Assembly (NCBI GenBank): GCA_046290225.1
Contig: JBKAGE010000036.1
Span: 1 to 64,000, forward strand
Length of the DNA: 64,000 nt
Direction: 5' to 3'
Source: Bradymonadia bacterium
Lineage (GTDB): Bacteria; Myxococcota_A; Bradymonadia; UBA7976; UBA1532
Position numbers and translations under genes: made by a program. Position 1 is the first letter of the stretch. Each line of letters opens with the position of its first letter. Positions 17,699-27,499 of this stretch are shown here, in pieces. Below the pieces are notes generated by a model, which searched no databases, was not told the DNA's origin, and saw only the letters and a program-made list of their open reading frames with translations.

Positions 17699-19285
17699 TT
17701 ACTGGGTCTGGCAGATGCCCAGAGCAGGCTCCACGAAGCCACCCTGGCAGATGGCACCCTCACCACACACCGCGTTGTTGGGCGAGTTGGGATCGGGGTT
17801 GCACAGGCCGTAGCAGCGTGCGGGGCTGTTGGGGTTCATGAGATCGCTGGGCGCGCAGATGCTGCCGCTGCCGCAGAGACCCACACCCTCGCCACAGGCG
17901 TCGCCGACGCCGACGATGGGCTCGGGGTTCTCGGCGGGATCGATCTCGAAGCAAGCGCCGATGAAGCTCTGCACGGCGGTCCCATCGTTGCCGGCCTCGA
18001 AGCCGGGGAGGATGAGGGGGTTGCAGAGGCTGCCTTCGCCACAGCTGTTGTTGGTGTCGTAGGGGTTACAATCACCAAGGCAGATGCCGTAGTCCTCGTT
18101 GCTGCCGGAGCCGGTGCCGCCGAGCTCGATGATCTCGAGGGCGCAGCGGGAGCCGTCGTCACAGACGCCGAGGTTGTTGACGTCACACCACTCGAGGCAG
18201 ACGTTCACGCCTTCCTGGGTGAACTCGGAGCAGAGGTAGTTGGCGGGGCAATCGCTGAAGATGTTGCCTTCGCACACGGTGTTCTGACGGCTCATCTCCG
18301 GATCGTCGGCGGGGGGCACAGCCTCGCCCTCGGGGATGTCGACGCAGAAGCCGATGTGATCACCACCGGCGCTGTCGCCCATCAGGCAGATCTGGTTCTC
18401 ACCACAGCCTTCCTGGGTGAGGGCGTCGCAGGAGTCGTGACACACCTTGTACTCGACGCCACCGAGGCGGTCGGTCCAGTCAACGCAGGTCTGACCCTCG
18501 CCGGCACAGGTGCCATCGTTGCAGTCGGACTGGCAGGTGCCGAACATGCAGAAGAGGCCCTCGGCGCAGAGCTCACCCTCGACGAGCTCGCCGGTCTGCA
18601 GGCAGGGATCGCCCTCGCCCTGGGTACCGTGGGGCAGGCAGAAGGTGATCTTGTCGACGGCGATGCAGCCCAGGTCGGGGGCCTCGCAGACGCCGGTCTG
18701 CGAGGTGCCACACTCGGCGCCAGGCTGGCAGAAGCCCTCCCAAACGTCCTCGTTGTTCTCCGGGGGGTTCTCTTCGTCGAAGGGGTTGCACTGCTCGCGG
18801 GGGGCGCAGCCGTCGGGACGATCGTTGTCCTCGGCGTTGGCGTCACAGGTACGCAGGCAGATGCCGTTGCCGGCGTCGTCGGCGGGCAGGCACTCGAGAC
18901 CACGCTCGCAGCAGTTGTTGGCGACCTGGCACTCTTCGCCGACACCGATGGGTGCGTCACACTCCATCATGCCGCCGCCCATGCCGCCGGCGCCACCGGG
19001 ATCACCACCCACGCCGCCAGCACCACCGGGCATACCGCCCATGCCACCGGCGCCACCGCCGCCAGCACCAGCGACACCGCCGCCCATGCCACCGGTACCA
19101 CCGCCGGCACCACCGACACCGCCACCGGCACCCGCGGCACCGCCGCCAGCTCCACCACCGCCGGCACCTGCGGCACCGCCGCCAGCACCGCCGGTATCAC
19201 CGCCATCATCACCATCGTCACAGCCGAACATGGCCAGTGAAGCGCTGGCCATCACAACCAGCCAAAGATGGGAACGCTTGCTCAT
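17699..19285 (-). CDS. Cys-rich repeat lipoprotein
   Basis: GGAGG RBS, MFGC lipobox, Gly/Ala/Met linker, repeated Cys modules; very strong codon bias. Confidence 0.88.
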   Translation of the reverse strand: MSKRSHLWLVVMASASLAMFGCDDGDDGGDTGGAGGGAAGAGGGGAGGGAAGAGGGVGGAGGGTGGMGGGVAGAGGGGAGGMGGMPGGAGGVGGDPGGAGGMGGGMMECDAPIGVGEECQVANNCCERGLECLPADDAGNGICLRTCDANAEDNDRPDGCAPREQCNPFDEENPPENNEDVWEGFCQPGAECGTSQTGVCEAPDLGCIAVDKITFCLPHGTQGEGDPCLQTGELVEGELCAEGLFCMFGTCQSDCNDGTCAGEGQTCVDWTDRLGGVEYKVCHDSCDALTQEGCGENQICLMGDSAGGDHIGFCVDIPEGEAVPPADDPEMSRQNTVCEGNIFSDCPANYLCSEFTQEGVNVCLEWCDVNNLGVCDDGSRCALEIIELGGTGSGSNEDYGICLGDCNPYDTNNSCGEGSLCNPLILPGFEAGNDGTAVQSFIGACFEIDPAENPEPIVGVGDACGEGVGLCGSGSICAPSDLMNPNSPARCYGLCNPDPNSPNNAVCGEGAICQGGFVEPALGICQTQ

Positions 19286-19363
19286 CTTTCTGCCTCCGAA
19301 TACCAGAGTTGCCGCATCACTCTCTGCGGCCATGTATCCCGCTTCGTGCGTCGGAATCCGCGG

Positions 19364-19464
19364 AACCTACGCAGGCTCCTACATACATGTCAAGATTCTT
19401 CATACCCCGTGGTGGTCCACCGAACCGCGCCGAGGTTGACGCTGCTCGAGGGCATCCATAAGGT
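19364..19464. promoter_or_regulatory. Divergent sigma70-type promoters
   Basis: Minus: TTGACA-N18-TAGGTT (19393-19364); plus: TTGACG-N17-TAAGGT (19436-19464). Confidence 0.55.
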
Positions 19465-19573
19465 TGCGGCCCTTCTGCCGCCGCCTTATCACGAGGCGGG
19501 CCAAGATTCCCCGAGCGCCGTCGTACGTCGCGAGGGCAGTTTTCTGCACCCGGCCACGGGCCTGGAGGTGAGC

Positions 19574-20599
19574 ATGGGCGATTCGAAGAAGCGAACTGAT
19601 CTGGTGGTGGCGATCCTCGGCGCCACGGGCGCTGTCGGCGAAGAGATTTTGCGGGTGCTCGAGGAGCGGGACTTCCCCGTAGGGCAACTGCGCCCCATGG
19701 CCTCCGCCCGCTCCGCTGGCAGTACCGTGGAGCTCCGAGGCACCCAGTACACAGTGGAGTCCATCGAAGACGCTGACTTCGATGGGGTCGATCTCGTCTT
19801 GTCCTCTGCGGGCGCCTCGGTGAGCAAAGCCCACGCTCATCGCGCGGTGGAAGCAGGCGCCGTGGTGGTGGACAACACCAGCGCCTTCCGTATGGAACCT
19901 GACGTGCCTCTGGTGGTGCCCGAGGTGAACCCCGAAGCCCTCGACGATCACGCGGGCCTCATCGCCAACCCCAACTGCTCCACGATTCAGATGGTGGTGG
20001 CCCTCGCGCCTCTTCATGCAGTGGCCCCCATCAAGCGGGTGGTGGTGAGCACCTATCAATCAGCATCGGGGGCTGGCCGAGCCGCCATGGACGAGTTGAG
20101 AGATCAGACTGTAGACCTGCTCAACTTCCGCACGCCCAAGACCGACGTCTTCGCTCGACGGCTGGCCTTCGACTGCCTGCCTCACATCGATCGGTTCATG
20201 CCCGACGGTGACACCAAAGAAGAACTGAAGATGAAGCAGGAGACCCGCAAAATCATGTCGCTGCCGGCGCTGCCCGTGAGCGCAACTTGCGTCCGAGTGC
20301 CGGTCTTCGTGGGGCACGCACTCTCGGTCAATGTGGAGTTCGACGGACCCATCACCCCCGAGCAGGCCGTCGCCGCCCTCGAGAGCGCCCCTGGCGTGCA
20401 GGTGGAGGCCGATCCCCTCAGCTACCCCATGGCTCAGGACGCGGCGGGCATCGACGATGTGCTTGTCGGCCGGGTCCGTGTCGACGACTCGGTGACGCAC
20501 GGCCTCAACCTGTGGGTTGTGGCCGACAACCTCAGAAAGGGCGCAGCGACGAACAGCGTTCAGATCGCCGAGACGCTCCTCGAGGCTGGAAAACTCTGA
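19574..20599 (+). CDS. asd: Aspartate-semialdehyde dehydrogenase
   Basis: GATGAVG, DNTSAFRM, ANPNCSTIQ, TYQSASGAG, CVRVPV, DNLRKGAATN; GGAGG RBS. Confidence 0.97.
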   Translation: MGDSKKRTDLVVAILGATGAVGEEILRVLEERDFPVGQLRPMASARSAGSTVELRGTQYTVESIEDADFDGVDLVLSSAGASVSKAHAHRAVEAGAVVVDNTSAFRMEPDVPLVVPEVNPEALDDHAGLIANPNCSTIQMVVALAPLHAVAPIKRVVVSTYQSASGAGRAAMDELRDQTVDLLNFRTPKTDVFARRLAFDCLPHIDRFMPDGDTKEELKMKQETRKIMSLPALPVSATCVRVPVFVGHALSVNVEFDGPITPEQAVAALESAPGVQVEADPLSYPMAQDAAGIDDVLVGRVRVDDSVTHGLNLWVVADNLRKGAATNSVQIAETLLEAGKL

Positions 20600-20805
20600 G
20601 ACAGAATGTCGACAATCCACCCTCGCTGCTGACACCTTGGCACGGCAAATCGACCAGAACCCCCTTCAATGGCCGATGAATGGCTCAATCGTCGTTGGAG
20701 GGCATATCGACGTGAGTGGTACAGTTCTTGTTAGCCGAAGACAGCCACGGCCCTGCCGACACTCACTGTGATCGCTCAGGCGAAACACTCAAAGGCGGAA
20801 CTTTC

Positions 20806-21864
20806 ATGCTCCTGCGCCTCCCCATCGTGCTCACCGGCGTGTTGATGGCCTCGACCGCTGCAGCGCAGTTCAACACGTGTGGTGGGTTCAACAACCGCAA
20901 CGTGTCGAATGACGATCTCTCCATCACGATCTCTGGGGAGACGGAGATCTTCCTCAGCATCGATGACTGCCGCTCGAAGCTCAATGACGACTATTCGATC
21001 CAGGGCACTCTCGGCAATGGCGTGCCGTTGTGTGATGGAGAGCTCACGATCTTCGTGGGCCGCGACGGCGTCACGTGCAACGAGTCAGTCCTGAGCAGTT
21101 GTCCGGCGACGACCGCCGACGGCACCTGCCAGTGCCTGGTGACCAGTGACGCCGGCACCAGCCTGAGCACCACCGAAGACCTCGTCGACATCTGGCCTGA
21201 AGCCTGTGACACCGAGGGTCGGTTCGAGCTGGACTTCGAGGTGCGCTTCATCGAAGACCTCGGCACCGAGGATCAAGAGGCGACGAGTGATCCCTCAAAG
21301 GTGATCGTCGATCTCGAGCCCCCGGCGACGCCGGACGAGGCCCCCACAATCCAGCCCTCCGACGGGGCTCTGGTGGTGACGTTCCCCGAGCGCCGGGGCA
21401 CCGAAACCTTCAGCTACGAGGCGTGCTACCGCATACTCGGCTCTGCCGACGAAGACGGCATCGGCCTGCCCGATGCCGGCGGTGACCGGTTCCCTTCCGT
21501 GCTCGACGCCGAGGTCTTGTCCTCAGTGGGAGGCAACGGCGCAGCCAACCTGCCGACGAACGACACGCTCCGCGGCAGCTTCAACTGCAATTGCGACAAA
21601 AAAGAAGACACAGAGTATCGCTGCGAAGGCCTTGAAAACGGTGTGGATTATGAGGTGGTATACGCCGTCCTCGACGAGGCCGGCAATCGCAGCGAGAGCA
21701 GCCCGTCGAGCCTGGGCACCCCAGGGCAAGTGCTCGACTTCGCCGAGCGATACAACGGCGGAGAGACTGGCGGCTGTCACGCCGTCGGAGGGTCCGGTGT
21801 GGGCTTTCTGGCGCTGCTCGCCGGTCTCGGGCTGATGATGACCACCCGCCGCAGGAGGCAGTGA
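20806..21864 (+). CDS. Secreted Cys/FN3-like protein with MYXO-CTERM-like tail (MXAN_2561-like)
   Basis: Signal peptide, FN3-like GLENGVDYEV...DEAGNRS, C-terminal GGC + TM + RRRR. Confidence 0.75.
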   Translation: MLLRLPIVLTGVLMASTAAAQFNTCGGFNNRNVSNDDLSITISGETEIFLSIDDCRSKLNDDYSIQGTLGNGVPLCDGELTIFVGRDGVTCNESVLSSCPATTADGTCQCLVTSDAGTSLSTTEDLVDIWPEACDTEGRFELDFEVRFIEDLGTEDQEATSDPSKVIVDLEPPATPDEAPTIQPSDGALVVTFPERRGTETFSYEACYRILGSADEDGIGLPDAGGDRFPSVLDAEVLSSVGGNGAANLPTNDTLRGSFNCNCDKKEDTEYRCEGLENGVDYEVVYAVLDEAGNRSESSPSSLGTPGQVLDFAERYNGGETGGCHAVGGSGVGFLALLAGLGLMMTTRRRRQ

Positions 21865-22640
21865 AGATGATGTCCGTGATGTTGAGGGTGACCCGCGCTG
21901 CGCTCGCGGCGGTGATCTGCACCGCAGCGGTTTCGGCCCTGAGCCCCGCTGAGGCCCAGAGCCGGCGACGCACCCTCGAGTCGGACCGCACCCGGTTCTT
22001 CGAACTCAAGGTGGGGCCCTATCAGCCCCGCATCGACTCCGAGTTCCAGGTCCCTGCGGGGGCCAACCCCGGCGACTTCCAGTTCCCGTACCAGGGGTCC
22101 TTCGGCGACGCCTCCCCCCTGATGTATCTGGGCACCTACGAGTTCCAGATCTTCAACCGGGCCGGCACGCTCAGCTCGGGCATCACTCTGGGGTACTGGC
22201 AGGTCTCGGGCACCAACGGCTCCCTCGATCCCAACTCCGACGCCAGCGAGGAGACGGGCATCCAGATGATCCCGATCCAGGCAGGTTTTACCTATCGTCT
22301 GGACCAGATGCGGGAGCGGATCCCCCTGGTGCCCACGGTGCGTCTGGGCTTCGACTACTACCTCTGGCGGGTCACCCGCGGAGACGGTGAAGTGGCACGC
22401 TTCGCCAATGGCAGCAAGGCCGAGGGGGCCACCATGGGCTGGCACGCCGGGATCGGTGTGCACTTCCTCCTCGACTTCCTCGCCCCCACCATGGCCTCGG
22501 ACTTTGATCGAGATGCTGGGGTGAACAACAGCTACCTCACCTTCGACTACCAGTACACGCAGGTAGACGACTTCGGCTCGGCGTCGTCACTCCGCCTCGG
22601 TGATTCGACCTTCTTCGTCGGGCTGGCCCTCGATCTCTGA
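21861..22640 (+). CDS. Outer-membrane beta-barrel protein (MXAN_2562-like)
   Basis: GTGA overlap; FELKVGPYQPRID, LLDFLAP..FDRD.GVNNSYL, terminal GLALDL. Confidence 0.75.
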   Translation: MKMMSVMLRVTRAALAAVICTAAVSALSPAEAQSRRRTLESDRTRFFELKVGPYQPRIDSEFQVPAGANPGDFQFPYQGSFGDASPLMYLGTYEFQIFNRAGTLSSGITLGYWQVSGTNGSLDPNSDASEETGIQMIPIQAGFTYRLDQMRERIPLVPTVRLGFDYYLWRVTRGDGEVARFANGSKAEGATMGWHAGIGVHFLLDFLAPTMASDFDRDAGVNNSYLTFDYQYTQVDDFGSASSLRLGDSTFFVGLALDL

Positions 22641-22643
22641 TCG

Positions 22644-23438
22644 GTGCACGACTCCCCCAAACGCATTGCGTTCCATGTCGCATACGACGGTACGGCCTAC
22701 CACGGCTGGCAGCGTCAACCTTCGGGCCTGAACACCATTCAGGGCACCCTCGACGCCGCACTCTCCGACTTGCTCAAACAACCTGTGAGTGTAGACGGCG
22801 CCAGCCGCACTGACGCTGGGGTGCACGCCCGAGATCAGCTCGCCGCCGTCACCTACACCCACCCCATGCCGGCGAAGGGCCTGGTGAAGGCGCTCAACAC
22901 CCGCCTGCCCGACGACATCGCCGTGCGTCATGGGGTGCAGGTGGCTGGCGACTTCAATCCCCGCTTTGCCAACCAGGGCAAGACCTACTGTTACCGCTTC
23001 TACGAGGGCCCGGTGCGCCGACCCCTCATCGATCGCTTCGCCTGGCGCGTGGGCTGGACCCTCGACTTACCTGCGATGACCGAGGCCGGGCAGGCTCTGG
23101 TCGGTACCCATGACTTCACGAGCTTTGCCGCCTCAGACGGCAGCCACCAGAGCGCCGAGCGTACGATTCACCGGCTTCACGTGGATCGAGGCCCGTGGGG
23201 CACGGTGGAGCTCGTCGTCGAAGGCAAGGCGTTCTTGAAGCAGATGGTACGCAACATCGCCGGCACTCTGCTCGAGGTGGGTCGAGGACACCGTCCGCCG
23301 ACCTGGGTGGCGGACGCCCTCGCCGCTCACAGCCGCTCTGCAGCGGGCCCCACGGCGCCGGCATGTGGTCTGGTATTGGAGAAGATGCACCTGGAGGGCC
23401 CTCTGGCAGAATCAGGCCCTGCTTTCGGACTCATCTAA
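22644..23438 (+). CDS. truA: tRNA pseudouridine(38-40) synthase
   Basis: YDGTAYHGWQRQ, GASRTDAGVHA, GTHDFTSF, FLKQMVRNIAGTL, GPTAPACGL. Confidence 0.96.
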   Translation: MHDSPKRIAFHVAYDGTAYHGWQRQPSGLNTIQGTLDAALSDLLKQPVSVDGASRTDAGVHARDQLAAVTYTHPMPAKGLVKALNTRLPDDIAVRHGVQVAGDFNPRFANQGKTYCYRFYEGPVRRPLIDRFAWRVGWTLDLPAMTEAGQALVGTHDFTSFAASDGSHQSAERTIHRLHVDRGPWGTVELVVEGKAFLKQMVRNIAGTLLEVGRGHRPPTWVADALAAHSRSAAGPTAPACGLVLEKMHLEGPLAESGPAFGLI

Positions 23439-23468
23439 GCCCAGGCCTGCAATCGACAGAAGGCAGCC

Positions 23469-24905
23469 TCAGAACGACGTCTGGATGCCCAGGTTGATGT
23501 CGACGTGATAGCTGGGGGAGTCACCGAACAGATGATAGAAGTCGGGCCCCACCACAAAGGCGAAGTCCTTGCCGAAGTCCACAGAGTAGAGCAGACCAGC
23601 GGTCCAGGAGAACGGGCCCTCTTTGGTGGTATCGAGGAAGTTGCCCAAATCGACGAGGTGCCTCACCTCGCCGTAGCCTCCGCCGAGGCGCAGCTGCAGG
23701 TGATGATCGCCTGCATTGACCACCTGGAACTTCAGCCGCACCCCCTCGAGATGCTCGAACTCCACGATCTGCACACGGGCAAAGGCGCCGATGGCAAATG
23801 ACTCGGTGAGCCAGAAGTCGAGCTCGAGCATGGTGTGAAAGGGCGCAGGGGCCAGGCCCGCGACCACGTCGGTGTTGGGGCGTTGGACCGGGGTGGCGAA
23901 GTCGGTGATGAAGCCGAAGCCCGTGCCCACGTTCAGGGTCAGGCTCATGAAGCGCTCGCCGCTCCCCTGCTCTCCTTCTTCATCTTCCCAGCCGCCATCC
24001 CAATCGCCGTCGCCATCGCCATCGCCGTTGCCATCACCATCTCCGATGAGGCTGTCCCCTTCTGGCAGACGATCGATGTCGCCAAAGACCTCGTCCTGAA
24101 GCTTGATGACGAAGGGCTCCTGGGCACTGCGCACACCGGCAATGGGCTGCCGTCGACGATCTTCCACGACGATGTAGTACTGCAGACTGCGCCCTGCGAC
24201 GAAACGGCCTGGGATGCGGGTGGTGAACCGCCGTGCCCCTTCGGGGACCATCTCGACGCGCTGCACCGAGTCGGCTCGGGCGCTGCGGAAGTACACATAG
24301 ACCCGGTAGAGGCGCTCGTCGATCTCCTGAGAGACCTCGAGGTTGAGGCGTATCTCCTGGCCACCACGGGCGTCCCGTACGGGCTCGTGCACGAGATCGG
24401 GCTGTCGCCGTGGGGGCGGACGGTCGTTGCGCGGCTCGCGGCGGTTGTCTCGTGGGGGTGGCCGCCGTCGGGCCTCGCGCCGTGCCTGCTCGAGCAGATC
24501 TTCGAGACTGGGCGTGCTGATCAGAGGATCGATGCGGGCCCGATCATCGATGGTGATGGCAGAGACGAATGCGTCGAGGGCGGCGCCCTCGTTTCGACGA
24601 CGATCCCGTACGAAGAGCAGGATGCCCCTCAGGATGTGCACATCGGCGACGATGGGCTCTTTGATGTCGAACCGCTCAGCGAGTCGCAAGGCCCGGTCGA
24701 GGGCAGCGTCGGCTTCGTCGAGCTCGAGGTCTTCGTAGTAGGCCCGAGCGTCGTTGAGCAACCGCTCCATCTCGGCCATGGCCTGATAGGCCGACCGCTG
24801 ACCATGTGCACTCTCAGGCGCCACCATCAACCCGGCAGTGCTCAGAAGGCACAGGATGAGGAAACGCACGATGTAGAGGAGTTGTGGCTTCACGAGTGAT
24901 GTCAC
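23469..24905 (-). CDS. Secreted TPR + Ig-like + C-terminal beta-barrel hypothetical protein
   Basis: Signal peptide, TPR-like helices, (DG)n linker, amphipathic strands ending in F; GTGA coupled to the OmpA gene. Confidence 0.75.
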   Translation of the reverse strand: MTSLVKPQLLYIVRFLILCLLSTAGLMVAPESAHGQRSAYQAMAEMERLLNDARAYYEDLELDEADAALDRALRLAERFDIKEPIVADVHILRGILLFVRDRRRNEGAALDAFVSAITIDDRARIDPLISTPSLEDLLEQARREARRRPPPRDNRREPRNDRPPPRRQPDLVHEPVRDARGGQEIRLNLEVSQEIDERLYRVYVYFRSARADSVQRVEMVPEGARRFTTRIPGRFVAGRSLQYYIVVEDRRRQPIAGVRSAQEPFVIKLQDEVFGDIDRLPEGDSLIGDGDGNGDGDGDGDWDGGWEDEEGEQGSGERFMSLTLNVGTGFGFITDFATPVQRPNTDVVAGLAPAPFHTMLELDFWLTESFAIGAFARVQIVEFEHLEGVRLKFQVVNAGDHHLQLRLGGGYGEVRHLVDLGNFLDTTKEGPFSWTAGLLYSVDFGKDFAFVVGPDFYHLFGDSPSYHVDINLGIQTSF

Positions 24906-26062
24906 TGCCCGATGATGTGGAACTCAACCCGCCGGTTCGCAGCGCGACCATCGGCGGTGCGGTTGTCCTCGATGGGGACCTCTTCACCTACGCCCAGGGC
25001 TTCCATTCGATCTCCGTTGATGCCCTGGCCGATGAGGTAGCGCCGCACGGCGTCGGCCCGCTTCTGCGAGAGACGCTTGTTGTAGCGGGCTGACCCCTTG
25101 CTGTCGGTGTGACCCTCGATGCGGACCCGCAGCGCGGCGTTGTCCTTCATGGCAAGGGCCACCTCATTGAGCAACGGGAACGAGCGCCCGAGAATTCTCG
25201 ACTTGTTGCTCGAGAAGAAGACTTTCTGCTTCAGCTCGATGCGATCACCGGTGACCACGATGGTCTTGTAGATGTCGGGGCAACCGTCTTCGTCGGCGTC
25301 GTTGTCGTAGTCTTCAGGCTGATCAGGACACTGGTCGACGACGTCGAGGATGCGATCTTTGTCGTTGTCGATGTCGGGGCAGCCGTCCGCGTCTTCGAAG
25401 CCATCTTTGTCCTCGGGCTCCACGGGGCACTTGTCGGCGACATCGAGCAAGCCATCCTTGTCGTTGTCGGTGTCGGGGCAGCCATCCGTGTCCTCGAAGC
25501 CGTCTTTGTCTTCGGCCTGTACCGGGCAGCGATCCACAGCGTCGCCGATGCCATCACCGTCTTTGTCTTCGGTGATGTCGGGGCAGCCGTCCTGATCAGC
25601 GACACCGTCGAAGTCTTCCGGCTGCTTGGGGCACTGATCTTTGCTGTCGGCGATGCCGTCGCCATCAGAGTCTTGATCTTCCGGGCACCCGTCGGCGTCT
25701 TCGACCCCGTCTTTGTCTTCGGGCTGGTCCGGGCACAAATCGACGTCATCGAAGATGCCGTCACCATCGCGATCGGCGTTGCGGCACCCCACCTGAGCGG
25801 CGGCGACCTCTGCCTGACGGCCGAAGTCGACGGCGACATCCATGTGATCTCGAGCCTTGAGGTAGGTGCCCTGCTGCAGCTCGACTCTGGCAAAGGCCAG
25901 ATGGGCGTCTGCCATGGCCAGCTCGCGCTGAGCGCACTTGTATGCTGGCTTCCGGATGCGCTTGAGCTGGTCTTCCAGGGTGTCGCCACGGGCCCTGAGG
26001 GCTGCGCCGCTGACACACCCGCCGAGGAGCGTGGACACGAGCAAGAAGAGCAATGCCTTCAC
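24902..26062 (-). CDS. OmpA-family lipoprotein with thrombospondin type-3 repeats
   Basis: LGGC lipobox, DxDxDGxxDxxDxCP repeats, IEGHTD, LSQKRA, NRRVEF. Confidence 0.93.
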   Translation of the reverse strand: MKALLFLLVSTLLGGCVSGAALRARGDTLEDQLKRIRKPAYKCAQRELAMADAHLAFARVELQQGTYLKARDHMDVAVDFGRQAEVAAAQVGCRNADRDGDGIFDDVDLCPDQPEDKDGVEDADGCPEDQDSDGDGIADSKDQCPKQPEDFDGVADQDGCPDITEDKDGDGIGDAVDRCPVQAEDKDGFEDTDGCPDTDNDKDGLLDVADKCPVEPEDKDGFEDADGCPDIDNDKDRILDVVDQCPDQPEDYDNDADEDGCPDIYKTIVVTGDRIELKQKVFFSSNKSRILGRSFPLLNEVALAMKDNAALRVRIEGHTDSKGSARYNKRLSQKRADAVRRYLIGQGINGDRMEALGVGEEVPIEDNRTADGRAANRRVEFHIIGQ

Positions 26063-26430
26063 AGCTGGCTCCCTTCTGGCGTCTCGTCGTCACCGGCAGG
26101 CTCCGAGGATGGCGCGAGGCCTCTAGGAGGCGCGTCGAGGCCCCGGGTGGGGTTGTCGAGGGCCCGGACCTTGGCCTTGTCGGCGTACTCTGCGGCCGTG
26201 AGCGCCAGATCGACGGCGTCTTGGAAGTTGGAGTAACCCTCCATCTCCCGCGCCTTCTTCAGGAACTCCACGGCGCTCACGAGCTCGTAGACAGCATATC
26301 GATCGGCCTGGGCCGCCCGCGCCGCCTCGACGGAGATCGTGGCCTTTCGGATCGCTTGATGCGCGGTGATGGGGCCACATGCGCTCAGGAGCAATGCGAC
26401 CAACACACCGAAAACCATGTTTTTCAGCAT
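26059..26430 (-). CDS. DUF4398-like small lipoprotein
   Basis: LSAC lipobox; Ala-rich helices ARAAQADRYAVYE; its stop overlaps the OmpA start. Confidence 0.75.
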   Translation of the reverse strand: MLKNMVFGVLVALLLSACGPITAHQAIRKATISVEAARAAQADRYAVYELVSAVEFLKKAREMEGYSNFQDAVDLALTAAEYADKAKVRALDNPTRGLDAPPRGLAPSSEPAGDDETPEGSQL

Positions 26431-26628
26431 ATTGTGCGGGGGGGTTCGCCCATTCCGGGCGTCACGCAGACCGCCAGGCTGCAGGGGGGGCCGCTTGGGG
26501 GCCAGTGACTGAGTCACGGTGTGCACTCCACAGGATCACAGCCGGTCCCATCTACACTTGGCACCTTTCCCCTGTCAAGGCGAGGGCCCAGGGGCGGCTA
26601 CTCTAAAAGACGCGCTGTGCTGGCGCGC

Positions 26629-27117
26629 TCAGCTCAACAGCTCGTCGAGCTGCTCAGCGACATCGCCTTCTTCACAGCCCTGAGCCACAGCGAGCTCTTG
26701 GATGAGAAGCTGCCGTGCGTCTTCGAGCACGCGGCGCTCGCCGTAGGAGAGGGTCTTGTCCACCGCGGTGAGGTGAAGGTCGCGCAGGACCTCGGCCACC
26801 TCTCGCAGCTCACCGGACTTCATCTTCTCGAGGTAGCGGCGATGGCGACGGTTCCAGTTGGGCTCCTCGACCTGCAGCGTGTTGCAGCGAAGGGCCTCGA
26901 GCACCTGCTCGATCTCGGCCTCGGTGACCACGGAGCGAAGGCCCACCTGGCGGGCGTTGCGCACCGGCACCCGGATGGTGTTGTCGGAATCGAGGCACCG
27001 CAGCACGTAGAAGCGGTTCGTCGTGCCACAGATCTCCAGGGTCTCGATGCTCTGGATCTCGGTGACGCCCAGCTTGGGGTAAACCGCCTTATCGCCAACT
27101 TCGAATGCTACATCCAC
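26629..27117 (-). CDS. cdnL: CarD/CdnL family RNA polymerase-binding factor
   Basis: FEVGDKAVYP..GV, VGLRSVV, WNRR, AEVLRDL, LSYGERR; GTG start with GAGGTG RBS. Confidence 0.88.
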   Translation of the reverse strand: MDVAFEVGDKAVYPKLGVTEIQSIETLEICGTTNRFYVLRCLDSDNTIRVPVRNARQVGLRSVVTEAEIEQVLEALRCNTLQVEEPNWNRRHRRYLEKMKSGELREVAEVLRDLHLTAVDKTLSYGERRVLEDARQLLIQELAVAQGCEEGDVAEQLDELLS

Positions 27118-27206
27118 GACAACACCTCGTCTTAAGTCTTTGCCCATATGAGGGCGATGGGTGTGTGGACAGTCCACAGGTCTGCCCATCCACAGCAGTT
27201 CATACA

Positions 27207-27222
27207 AGCATCAGACGTGCCA
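27207..27222 (-). promoter_or_regulatory. sigma54 -24/-12 promoter
   Basis: TGGCACGTCTGATGCT (GG-N10-GC) about 90 bp upstream of the cdnL start. Confidence 0.6.
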
Positions 27223-27499
27223 TGATCTGCATATCTTCTGAGGGTCTATGTGAGGGGGGTATGCCACAAGGGCACACTTCTGCCCTTGATGTGGGCAAGA
27301 CAGCATGTTTGACCGCGTTGTTGAGCGGCTTTTGACCACTGCGGTCCACGGGCGGTGGGGCGACTTCGACCTCGGATCGAGGTCAAAGGCGTGTGACACG
27401 GAAGAGACAGTCAAGTGGCCAGTGGTTCAGCCAGCCACTGGGGTCAGCTGGCCGATCGAGTGGCCAAAGCGGGCATGTGCACCACGCCCACCAGACTGA

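Noticed and set aside
20638..20655. sigma54-like TGGCAC upstream of the MYXO-CTERM gene
   Set aside because: No GC at the -12 position (GG-N10-CG)
24902..26062. TraB call for the TSP3-OmpA protein
   Set aside because: Has a lipoprotein/helical N-terminus rather than a beta-barrel, and no adjacent TraA-like gene
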